From Candidatus Shapirobacteria bacterium (lineage in GTDB: Bacteria; Patescibacteriota; Microgenomatia; 0-14-0-10-38-17), in the NCBI GenBank assembly GCA_018052565.1, contig JAGPNC010000003.1, forward strand, positions 587 through 64,586: a stretch of 64,000 nucleotides of DNA, given 5' to 3'. The notes below the pieces were generated by a model. That model was not told the origin of the DNA and made no database searches. It saw only the letters and a list, made by a program, of their open reading frames with translations. A program made the translations under genes and the position numbers. This document shows positions 55,844 through 64,000 of this stretch, piece by piece; the first letter of the stretch is position 1, and the number at the start of each line of letters is the position of its first letter.

Positions 55844-56821
55844 ATGGAGGAAGGAAAAACGGCATTGGCGGAGCCGGTGGATGCCTCAAGCTTTCAAACC
55901 GAAAAGCCCAAAGCTTCAAACAGCACGAAAATTAATTGGTGGCTAATCATCGCGATTCTCCTTTTAATCGCCCTCCTGGCGGCAGGCGCTTATGCTTTTT
56001 ACCTGAAAAATCAAAATGAGAAGTTAGCGCCCTTGGAGGAGCAGGAAACGGCGACGCCCAGCGGGCAAACAGCAGCGCCTACCGGCGAGCCAACGGTGGC
56101 TTTTTCTTCTTCTGTTGAAGCCTCCCCTTCCCCATCGGCGGCCCAAAAAGAATCGGAGTTAATTTCTTTAGACGATACTTGGAATAAATATATTAATTAT
56201 CGTCTTGGCTTTTCTATTAATGTCCCCAAAATGATGATGCATGGGAGTGGCGCGTGCCGGTGGGTGCTGGAAGGCGATCATTCCTACCGGCCGGCGCCGA
56301 AATTAGTGCCGGTGAAAGTTTTTGAGGAGGACAATATGGTTTACATCGTTAATGGCTCCTATGCCGAGTTGGGAGGAGAGACAAGGGAAGAAATCGCCGA
56401 GGGGATAAGATCTTATTTTTCCGAATGCAACGAGGTTATCAATTCTTTGGCCAAAGCTAAGGATAAGGAAAATTATTACCAGCGCGGCTGGCAGATTATT
56501 GTGGAGGAGGCCAAAAATGATGAGGATCTGGACCGCTTTATTAAGAAATATTTTGGCCCTGATTGCCGTTTGGGCGACCGGATTCATGATCGCCAAGAGG
56601 GAGTTTACAAGATCTCTATTGATCAGGGAATTAAAAGCCACGAGGTAGGAGAAGCGCCCGAGGAAACCGGCTGTTTTGTGAATTATGCCTACGCAATTAA
56701 GTATTTTCCCGAAAAAAATAAGGTGGCTAGTTGGGATTTAGGGCAGGACTTTACTTTCTATCAGGACATCGACCACCCCTTCGACGCCCAAATGGCCGAA
56801 AGCTTTGAATTTCTGAAGTAA
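55844..56821 (+). CDS. hypothetical membrane-anchored protein
   Basis: One TM helix, a Pro/Ser/Thr linker and a C-terminal globular region. Confidence 0.45.
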   Translation: MEEGKTALAEPVDASSFQTEKPKASNSTKINWWLIIAILLLIALLAAGAYAFYLKNQNEKLAPLEEQETATPSGQTAAPTGEPTVAFSSSVEASPSPSAAQKESELISLDDTWNKYINYRLGFSINVPKMMMHGSGACRWVLEGDHSYRPAPKLVPVKVFEEDNMVYIVNGSYAELGGETREEIAEGIRSYFSECNEVINSLAKAKDKENYYQRGWQIIVEEAKNDEDLDRFIKKYFGPDCRLGDRIHDRQEGVYKISIDQGIKSHEVGEAPEETGCFVNYAYAIKYFPEKNKVASWDLGQDFTFYQDIDHPFDAQMAESFEFLK

Positions 56822-56849
56822 GACGCCAGGGGTTCAGTTTAAAGAAAAA

Positions 56850-57164
56850 TCAGGAGACTTTCTGGGGCCAGGGCTCGCCGCTTTCTTTTTTGGCCTGGTT
56901 GCCAATTTCCCACTGGTCATAAATTTTCTTCTCCACATTTATCTCCACTTTTTTGCCGTCGTTGGTTTCAAAGTAAAGAGTGTAAAGATCCTTTGTGTAG
57001 GGGCTGTCGTCGTCTTCCCATTCCAGGTGCTTTTTGTCCACCAGCTTTCCTTCCCAAACGGATGCTTTTCTCTTCTCGCCTCTTCTCTTGACGGATTTGG
57101 CAAAAAGAAAAACCGGCAGGCCGAAAATAACTAAAACCGCGATTAAAAAAATTAGCGCTCTCAT
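56850..57164 (-). CDS. small membrane-anchored protein
   Basis: A 104-aa ORF with an N-terminal TM. Confidence 0.35.
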   Translation of the reverse strand: MRALIFLIAVLVIFGLPVFLFAKSVKRRGEKRKASVWEGKLVDKKHLEWEDDDSPYTKDLYTLYFETNDGKKVEINVEKKIYDQWEIGNQAKKESGEPWPQKVS

Positions 57165-57224
57165 CTTTAATTATCATTAAGAACCGTTTTTCGGCAGTTG
57201 TCAAGAGAAAATAAATGGCTAAGT

Positions 57225-57300
57225 TGCATGAAAATTCAAAATTCAAAATTCAAAAGTCAAAATTACAAGTTAAAATTCAAAAGTAAGATTAAACCTTTGC
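57225..57300. repeat. AT-rich k-mer spacer (single arm) preceding a TATAAT box
   Basis: gaaaattcaaaattcaaaattcaaaagtcaaaattacaagttaaaattcaaaagtaag. Confidence 0.6.
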
Positions 57301-57329
57301 ATTTTTGCTAATGTAGTATAATAAAACCG

Positions 57330-57908
57330 ATGAAGCCCAAGCTTTTGGTTCCTCTTTTTTTTCTTCTTCTTGCCGGAATAGGGACATGGCTGGTGGTGGG
57401 GAAAGGGAAAGAATTTACCCCAACGGTTTCTGAAGAAGATGAAGACGAAACCCAGCTTTTAAAAAGAATAAATAGCACGCCAACGCCGCTTCCGGAAAAT
57501 ACTCCCACAACAGAGACGCCAACAAGCGCTGCTTCGACGGTTCCCTTGCCGACAGAAGAAGATATTGTCAGGCTCTTTTTTAACCTTATTGACGAGGAAA
57601 GAATCCCCGAGGCGGTGGCGATGATGAGTGTTGAAGCCGTTCCCGATGACAGCTACAGGCAAGCCTGGGGAGTGCAGTTCAACGCCCTTGACTCAATTAA
57701 AGTTTCCAAAATTGAGCCTTATGATCAGGGAAATTGGAGCCCCAGCAGCCATACCTACAAGGTTAATTTGGAGGTGGCGGTTTCCGAAAATGCCGCCAAC
57801 GCCCCCATCCCCTATTATGGCTGGGAGAATGGCGATAACCTGCGCTGGGTGGAAATTGTCAAAGAGGGAGATCTTTGGAAAATTAACCAAATTGCCACGG
57901 GAGCGTAA
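57330..57908 (+). CDS. hypothetical membrane-anchored protein
   Basis: N-terminal TM and a TATAAT-like box at 57318. Confidence 0.4.
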   Translation: MKPKLLVPLFFLLLAGIGTWLVVGKGKEFTPTVSEEDEDETQLLKRINSTPTPLPENTPTTETPTSAASTVPLPTEEDIVRLFFNLIDEERIPEAVAMMSVEAVPDDSYRQAWGVQFNALDSIKVSKIEPYDQGNWSPSSHTYKVNLEVAVSENAANAPIPYYGWENGDNLRWVEIVKEGDLWKINQIATGA

Positions 57909-58056
57909 AATTTCTCCTTAATTCACTAAATATAGATTTTCTTCTACCTAAATACCAGCCTGGGATTTTAATGTTAATTTAATACCCCTCTATCTTCATT
58001 TAGTATCTTCATGGTTTTTAAGTGAAAAAGCGGGGAGATTTTGATAAGATAAAAAT

Positions 58057-59967
58057 ATGGAAAACTTATTAGACAATTTAAAAAACTTACTTAAAAAAGA
58101 CGAACGGCTGGTGAGCGAAGGCGAGCTTTTGAAAAACAAAATTGTTGAGTTAGCTTTAAAATTGGATAAGGACTTGATTGAACTTCTTTTATCTGATGAA
58201 AAAATAAAAGAAGTATTTTTTAGGCAAGTTGGTAAAGCTGCAATTTTTGACAAAGATAAGTTTATTAAGTTTGTTTCCAATAAGCAATTTTTACCGGATA
58301 GTTATACTGCTTTTAAAAATAAGATTGGTTTAACAGTTGATGATGAATTTATTAGCGAGAAAAAAGAAGTTGTTCTTTCTTGGCCTTATAAGGACTGTGT
58401 TTTAGAAGGCGGAATGACCAAGGAAGACCAAAAGCGAGATGAAATTTTCTGGAACCAAACACTTGCGCCGGATGAAATCAGCCGCCTTTTAGACCCGAAA
58501 GTTTTTACTAATGCAAAAAGGATTGATAAAAACGGCGAACATAAATTTGATGGATTTAAAACAGATGAAAACGGAGATATAAAAGACAATCTCATCATCA
58601 AGGGCAACAATCTTTTAGCCCTCCACTCCCTCAAAAAACGCTTTGCCGGAAGAGTAAAACTCATTTACATTGATCCGCCGTATAATACTGGAGGTCCGCA
58701 GGATACTTTCACTTACAACAACAGCTTTAAACACTCTACATGGCTAACCTTTATAAAAAATAGGCTGGAGATAGCCAAGAGTCTTTTACAGGAGGATGGA
58801 TTTATTGCAATAACGATTGACCATGTTGAGCTTTTTTACCTGGGGGCACTAGCTGATGAGGTATTTGGGAAAGAGAACAGGATTGGAATAGTAACAATTT
58901 ATATAAACCCTAAAGGGAGACAGCATGAAAAATTTTTTGCTGCCTCGACTGAGTATATGCTGGTTTATGCAAAAAACATAAAAGCTGCGAAGTTTAATAA
59001 GGTTATCCTGGATGAGGAGAAGGCAAAGAAATTTAATTTAGAAGATGAACGTGGAAGATATAGATTAGAACCTTTTATAAGAGCAAGAACAGATACCCTT
59101 AGAAAGAATAAACCAGATTTTTGGTATCCAATTTATGTAAGTAAAGACCTAAAAGAAATAATTTTAGAGAGAAAACCCAACTATTACGAAGTTTGGCCGG
59201 TTAAAAACGGTAAAGAATTTACGTGGAAAACAATTCCGGAAACTTTTGATGAAAGAAATTCCAAAGGTTATTTTGTTGCTAAAAAAGAAAACGAGAGAAT
59301 TGTCATTTATCATAAATTCTACGAACAGCAAGTTTTAAAAAATATATGGATAGACAAAAAGTATTTTCCAGAATTCCAGGGCACTCAATTACTTAAAAAA
59401 CTTTTAGGGGAATCCAAGTTTAGTTATCCAAAGTCATTATACGCCGTACGGGATACTCTCAAGATAATGACGAAAAATGATGATTTAATACTTGATTTTT
59501 TCGCCGGGTCAGGAACAACAGGGCATGCAACTTTAGAACTTAACAAACAAGATGGTGGGAAGAGAAAATTTATTTTGGTTGAGCAACTTGATGAACATTT
59601 ATCAGTTATAAGGGAAAGAATGAAAAAAGTTTTTGAATATCTAGATGGTGGTGATTTTATTTATTTAGAACTAATGAAATGGAATGAGAATTTTATTGAG
59701 AAAATAAAGAAAGCAAAAACAAAAGAAGAATTAAAGAGATTATGGGAGACAATAAAGGAAAAAGCGTTTTTGAGTTATAAAGTTGATGTAAAAGCGATTG
59801 ATGAAAATGCAAAAGATTTTGCTGATTTATCTATTGAAAACCAGAAAAGATTTTTAGTTGAGTGTTTAGACAAAAATCATCTTTATGTAAATTATAGCGA
59901 AATTGATGATGAAGAGTATGGAGTAAGCAAGGAAGATAAAAAGTTAAATAAGGAGTTTTATGGATAA
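58057..59967 (+). CDS. mod: Type III restriction-modification methyltransferase (Mod)
   Basis: IYIDPPYNTG catalytic motif, FFAGSGTTGHA AdoMet motif, and the overall Type III Mod layout. Confidence 0.8.
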   Translation: MENLLDNLKNLLKKDERLVSEGELLKNKIVELALKLDKDLIELLLSDEKIKEVFFRQVGKAAIFDKDKFIKFVSNKQFLPDSYTAFKNKIGLTVDDEFISEKKEVVLSWPYKDCVLEGGMTKEDQKRDEIFWNQTLAPDEISRLLDPKVFTNAKRIDKNGEHKFDGFKTDENGDIKDNLIIKGNNLLALHSLKKRFAGRVKLIYIDPPYNTGGPQDTFTYNNSFKHSTWLTFIKNRLEIAKSLLQEDGFIAITIDHVELFYLGALADEVFGKENRIGIVTIYINPKGRQHEKFFAASTEYMLVYAKNIKAAKFNKVILDEEKAKKFNLEDERGRYRLEPFIRARTDTLRKNKPDFWYPIYVSKDLKEIILERKPNYYEVWPVKNGKEFTWKTIPETFDERNSKGYFVAKKENERIVIYHKFYEQQVLKNIWIDKKYFPEFQGTQLLKKLLGESKFSYPKSLYAVRDTLKIMTKNDDLILDFFAGSGTTGHATLELNKQDGGKRKFILVEQLDEHLSVIRERMKKVFEYLDGGDFIYLELMKWNENFIEKIKKAKTKEELKRLWETIKEKAFLSYKVDVKAIDENAKDFADLSIENQKRFLVECLDKNHLYVNYSEIDDEEYGVSKEDKKLNKEFYG

Positions 59968-60661
59968 GTTACCGTTCTCCTTAAATTTTTTCAAACAAAT
60001 TGAATGTTTTCAGGAAATCGAGCGTTTAGATAAACAATTTGATGAAATGCTTCTCGAATGGAAAAAGGGCGGATATAAAAAGGGGGGTATTTCAGAAAGT
60101 ATCAACATTAACTATCCTACTTGGGAAATAGAAAAGAAGATTCTTTTTTGGGCATCCAGAGAACATAAGCATCTTGGTTCTCCTATTACAACTACCCATT
60201 TATCTGATGAAAGTTTTCAAAAAGATATACATTGCACAGAAACAGAATTAGAGTTTGCTGGAAAAGAGGAAGTATTAAAAAACCTCACTAGTAGAGGATT
60301 AGCGTCTTGGCAAAATGGCGCTGTTGTATCCCAAAAAGGATTGGACTATGGTCTTGTTATTGCTGATTTATATGAGATAAAAAAGGATGAGAATATTAAA
60401 AGAGGAGAGACGGAATATAGGGAAGAGCTTCTTGTTAAGAGGAAGATTAGATGGTTTGGATATAAATTAATTTACTTTTCTGCTCTCACCTTAATATTTT
60501 CCAGTTTAATCTTTTTAGGGCTAGAGATTTTTAGAGCTGCGAATATTGCTATACCATTTTTGAATATTACTATAAAAACGGGATTAAAATATTTAGTAGT
60601 TTTAATGGGTTTTATTCCAGCTTTTTTATTTTTGTTAGGTTTATTTTTTTCAAATATATAA
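59960..60661 (+). CDS. hypothetical protein with two C-terminal TM helices, inserted between mod and res
   Basis: A 233-aa ORF that overlaps the mod stop and ends 2 nt before res. Confidence 0.45.
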   Translation: MDKLPFSLNFFKQIECFQEIERLDKQFDEMLLEWKKGGYKKGGISESININYPTWEIEKKILFWASREHKHLGSPITTTHLSDESFQKDIHCTETELEFAGKEEVLKNLTSRGLASWQNGAVVSQKGLDYGLVIADLYEIKKDENIKRGETEYREELLVKRKIRWFGYKLIYFSALTLIFSSLIFLGLEIFRAANIAIPFLNITIKTGLKYLVVLMGFIPAFLFLLGLFFSNI

Positions 60662-60663
60662 CT

Positions 60664-63255
60664 ATGCTTTACGAAACTTTTAATGCTAATAAGGAATCAT
60701 TGGGAGAGGATTTTTTTACTTCACGAATCGATGATGAAGTAGTCCGGAATTTGAATCCGAAATTTGAGTTACGTGAATATCAAAAAGAAGCATTAGGCCG
60801 CTTTGATTTTTATTTTAAAAATTATCAAAAACGAGTTTATCCGGCACATTTACTATTTCATATGGCTACCGGAAGCGGTAAAACATTGATTATGGCTGCT
60901 AATATTTTACAGCTTTATAAACAAGGTTATCGCAATTTTATTTTTTTTGTAAACAGCACGAATATTATCGAAAAGACAAAAGACAATTTTTTGAATCCAC
61001 TTTCGGAAAAATATTTATTCGCGTCAAAAATTAAGTTTGGCGGAAAAGAAGTTTTTGTAAAAGAAGTTGATAATTTTGAGGCGGCAAGCCCAGATGACAT
61101 AAATATCCTCTTTACAACAATTCAAGGATTGCATATTCGTTTAAATTTTCCCAAAGAAAACGCTTTGACTTATGAAGATTTTGCCGACAAAGAAATTGTT
61201 TTAATTTCTGATGAAGCGCACCATTTACAAACAATCACCAAACAAGACAAAAAAGAGCTTGAATTAGAAAAAAGTTGGGAATATACAGTTAAAAAAATAT
61301 TAAATAGCAATATCAGAAATATCTTGTTGGAATTTACCGCTACTATTGATTTGGGCAATCAAAACATTAGGCAGAAATATGAAGACAAGATTATTTTTCA
61401 ATACGATTTAAAACAATTTAGATTAGATAAATACTCAAAAGAAATAGAGGTTTTACAGGCAGATTTAGAAGCAGTAGATAGAGCATTGCAAGCAGTAATT
61501 TTAAGTCAATATCGTCGAAAAATTGCTGAAAAATATAAATTGCATTTGAAGCCAGTTCTTCTTTTTAAGTCAAAGAGTATCAAAGAATCAAAAGAAAATT
61601 ATGATGACTTTTTAGAGAAAATAAAAAGTTTGTCTTCAAAAGACATTCAAGAGATAAGTTCACGGGCAAAAGGAACGGATTTAGAAAAGGCATTTAATTA
61701 TTTTAAAAAAGAAAATATAACTTTTGAAAATTTAATTAAGGAGTTGCAAGAAGATTTTCCAGAAGAAAAAGTGATGCTTTTGGATTCTGAAAATGTTGAT
61801 GAAGAAAAACAATTAAAATTAAATTCATTAGAAAATAAAAATAATGAAATAAGGGCAATTTTTGCGGTAAATATGCTTAATGAAGGTTGGGATGTGTTAA
61901 ATTTATTTGACATTGTAAGGTTGTATGATACAAGAGACGGTAGATGGGATAGGAGGCTTAATAAATATAAACCTGGTCCAACTACATTAGGTGAAGCTCA
62001 ACTCATTGGGAGAGGCGCAAGGTATTTCCCATTTCAGTTAGATTCTGTTCAAGATAAATATAAAAGAAAATTTGATGAAGATATTGAAAATGAACTTCGG
62101 ATTTTAGAAACATTACATTATCATAGCGCTCATAACCCAAGATATATTGACGAGATAAAAAGTACACTTACAGAAATGGGGATTATGCCAGAAAAATATA
62201 TTCAGAAAGATTTATTTATTAAAGAAAATATTAAGAAAAGATGGAAAAATGATTATATTTTTATAAACGATAGGGGATTAAACCAACGAAAAGATATAAA
62301 AAGCTTAAATGATGCGAAAATTAAAGAACAATATAGTTATGAGATAAAAACGGGCGAAATTAAAGAGGAATTTATTTTAGGCGAGGCGGGGGAAATAAAG
62401 AAATCGAAAAATATTGTAAAAAAGAGAGTAAAATATAAAATTTCTGATTTTGGAAAAAATCTTATAAGAGGCGCATTGGATAAATTAGAGTTTTATAAGT
62501 TTGAAGCATTTAAAAAATATTTTCCTCATTTAAAATCGATACAAGAATTTATTATCTCTGATAATTACTTAAAAAATGTTGAAATAGAAATAATAGGGCC
62601 GGAGAACAAAATAAAAAGGTTGACACAAGATGATAAATTGGCAATTGTTTTATCTGTGGTTAACGAAATAGCAGATCAAGCAAAAATAAATACCTCAGAA
62701 TACAAAGGAACAACTTTATTTAAAGCGAAAGCATTATGGGAAGTTTTTAAGGATAAAAAAATAAAGATAGACAAAGATGAAGCAGAACAAAAAGAATTTA
62801 CAGATATTGATTTAGAAAAGACAGATTGGTATGGACAAAAGATATTTTATGGGACAAGCGAGGAAAAAAGTTTTATTGATTTTATTAGCGGATTGATAGA
62901 GGAGTTAAAGAAAAAATACTCAGATATTGCCTTATTACGAAATGAAAAGTTTTTTCAAATTTATGATTTTGACGAAGGTAGGGCATTTGAGCCGGATTTT
63001 GTAATGTTATTGAAAGAAAAAAACCATAAAATTACCATTTATCAAGTCTTTATTGAGCCAAAAGGAGAATTTTTAGTAAAAAATGATGAATGGAAGCAAA
63101 AATTTTTACTTGATATAGAAGAAAAATCTAAACTGCAAAAAGATTTAGTAATGGACATGGAAAATAAGGATTTTAAGTTAATCGGGTTACCATTTTATAA
63201 CGAGCAGTTAAAAAAAGATTTTGAAGAAGCATTAGAGAGTAAAATTTTAAGATAA
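60664..63255 (+). CDS. res: Type III restriction enzyme, Res subunit (SF2 helicase-nuclease)
   Basis: Walker A MATGSGKTL and DEAH box LISDEAHHL. Confidence 0.8.
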   Translation: MLYETFNANKESLGEDFFTSRIDDEVVRNLNPKFELREYQKEALGRFDFYFKNYQKRVYPAHLLFHMATGSGKTLIMAANILQLYKQGYRNFIFFVNSTNIIEKTKDNFLNPLSEKYLFASKIKFGGKEVFVKEVDNFEAASPDDINILFTTIQGLHIRLNFPKENALTYEDFADKEIVLISDEAHHLQTITKQDKKELELEKSWEYTVKKILNSNIRNILLEFTATIDLGNQNIRQKYEDKIIFQYDLKQFRLDKYSKEIEVLQADLEAVDRALQAVILSQYRRKIAEKYKLHLKPVLLFKSKSIKESKENYDDFLEKIKSLSSKDIQEISSRAKGTDLEKAFNYFKKENITFENLIKELQEDFPEEKVMLLDSENVDEEKQLKLNSLENKNNEIRAIFAVNMLNEGWDVLNLFDIVRLYDTRDGRWDRRLNKYKPGPTTLGEAQLIGRGARYFPFQLDSVQDKYKRKFDEDIENELRILETLHYHSAHNPRYIDEIKSTLTEMGIMPEKYIQKDLFIKENIKKRWKNDYIFINDRGLNQRKDIKSLNDAKIKEQYSYEIKTGEIKEEFILGEAGEIKKSKNIVKKRVKYKISDFGKNLIRGALDKLEFYKFEAFKKYFPHLKSIQEFIISDNYLKNVEIEIIGPENKIKRLTQDDKLAIVLSVVNEIADQAKINTSEYKGTTLFKAKALWEVFKDKKIKIDKDEAEQKEFTDIDLEKTDWYGQKIFYGTSEEKSFIDFISGLIEELKKKYSDIALLRNEKFFQIYDFDEGRAFEPDFVMLLKEKNHKITIYQVFIEPKGEFLVKNDEWKQKFLLDIEEKSKLQKDLVMDMENKDFKLIGLPFYNEQLKKDFEEALESKILR

Positions 63256-63397
63256 AAAGCCAAACAAAAAGTTGAAGGAGTAATTGAAAAATAAAATTAC
63301 GAAAAAGAAAGGGAAGATTATGAAAGGCAAAGAGTAACCGTCCCCTTTTGGCATTTAGGTAATAGAAAAAAATAAATAACCTGTTATTATATTTATA

Positions 63398-64000
63398 ATG
63401 ATTAAAAAGATTAGCCTTTTGGTTTTTTCTTTACTCCTAGGTTTTGCCGGCTTAACCACTTCGGTTTTGGCGGAGGAAGAACCGGCGATGATTTTTGATA
63501 CCGGCAAGGGTTATTTGGGTGGTTGCGGTTTAACTGATAAAACCACCTGGACTTTGGATGAAGATTTGGAAATTAAACTTTTCCAAATTTGGTATAACTG
63601 GGATGCCAACGAAAAAGAAGTTGGCATTACTGTTAAAAAAGACGGAGAAGAATTTTTAACAGGAACGGCAACGCGGTCGGGATGCGATATTTACCAAAAA
63701 AATTGGTGCAATGGCGATTTAAAAATGGATAAAATTTTTCCAAAGGGAAATTATGAGCTTACAGTTGATAAGAAAAAACAGTGCGCGATTCCCGACGGCA
63801 ACGGAACGATTAGACTTTACGGGGAAAAGTTAGGAGCGGTTGAAAATGAACCGACAATAACAGCGGCACCAACAACAACTCCAACCATAGTTTCTTCCCT
63901 ACCGGCTCAGTCGGCAACTGCTCCTCAAAAATGCTCGGCCGGTTGGTGTTATCCTGTTTTGGGAATTTTAGTTTTTTCTAATCTTATTACCCTATTTTTG
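63398..64000 (+). CDS. secreted hypothetical protein, 3'-truncated by the window end
   Basis: ATG followed by a signal peptide (MIKKISLLVFSLLLGFAGLTTSVLA). The frame stays open to the window edge. Confidence 0.45.
   Translation, partial: MIKKISLLVFSLLLGFAGLTTSVLAEEEPAMIFDTGKGYLGGCGLTDKTTWTLDEDLEIKLFQIWYNWDANEKEVGITVKKDGEEFLTGTATRSGCDIYQKNWCNGDLKMDKIFPKGNYELTVDKKKQCAIPDGNGTIRLYGEKLGAVENEPTITAAPTTTPTIVSSLPAQSATAPQKCSAGWCYPVLGILVFSNLITLFL

Overview
This window is a 64 kb chromosomal segment with moderate AT-richness. Its gene content and style are consistent with a small-genome Patescibacteria/CPR-like bacterium; that assignment is inference from gene families, not a search result. Core housekeeping content: galU (3' end), thpR, a PP-loop ATPase, a 2-oxoacid:ferredoxin oxidoreductase set (gamma/alpha fusion and beta), dnaA-dnaN with DnaA-box-like sites (putative oriC), smpB followed by a recognisable tmRNA (ssrA), comFC, dnaG-rpoD, and four tRNAs (Arg-CCG, Ser-CGA, Arg-GCG, Asn-GUU). 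Accessory content: (i) a Gram-positive-type T4SS-like locus (10.7-27.7 kb) with six tandem TrbC/VirB2-like pilin paralogs, PrgI/VirB3-like, VirB4-like ATPase, VirB6-like, and a PrgK/VirB1-like SLT+CHAP hydrolase, interrupted by an opposite-strand two-gene insertion; two further pilin-like genes sit next to dnaA. (ii) A tRNA-bounded ~3 kb island carrying a Type II R-M pair plus three small genes, including a Cas2/VapD-like ORF. (iii) A very AT-rich Type III R-M (mod/res) with an unknown membrane-protein gene inserted between mod and res. (iv) A tRNA-Asn-adjacent block with a 915-aa internally repetitive protein. The most unusual thing in the window is a pervasive family of intergenic composite repeats: AT-rich palindromic arms built from aaaagtYaaaagt-type k-mers around GC-rich nested-hairpin cores. 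About 15 loci carry it, and one copy rewrites the 3' end of porA. There is also a 22-bp perfect palindrome (TGAAATACTATGTAGTATTTCA) in 4-5 copies, clustered around a TrpR/YerC-like regulator gene. No CRISPR array or rRNA is present.
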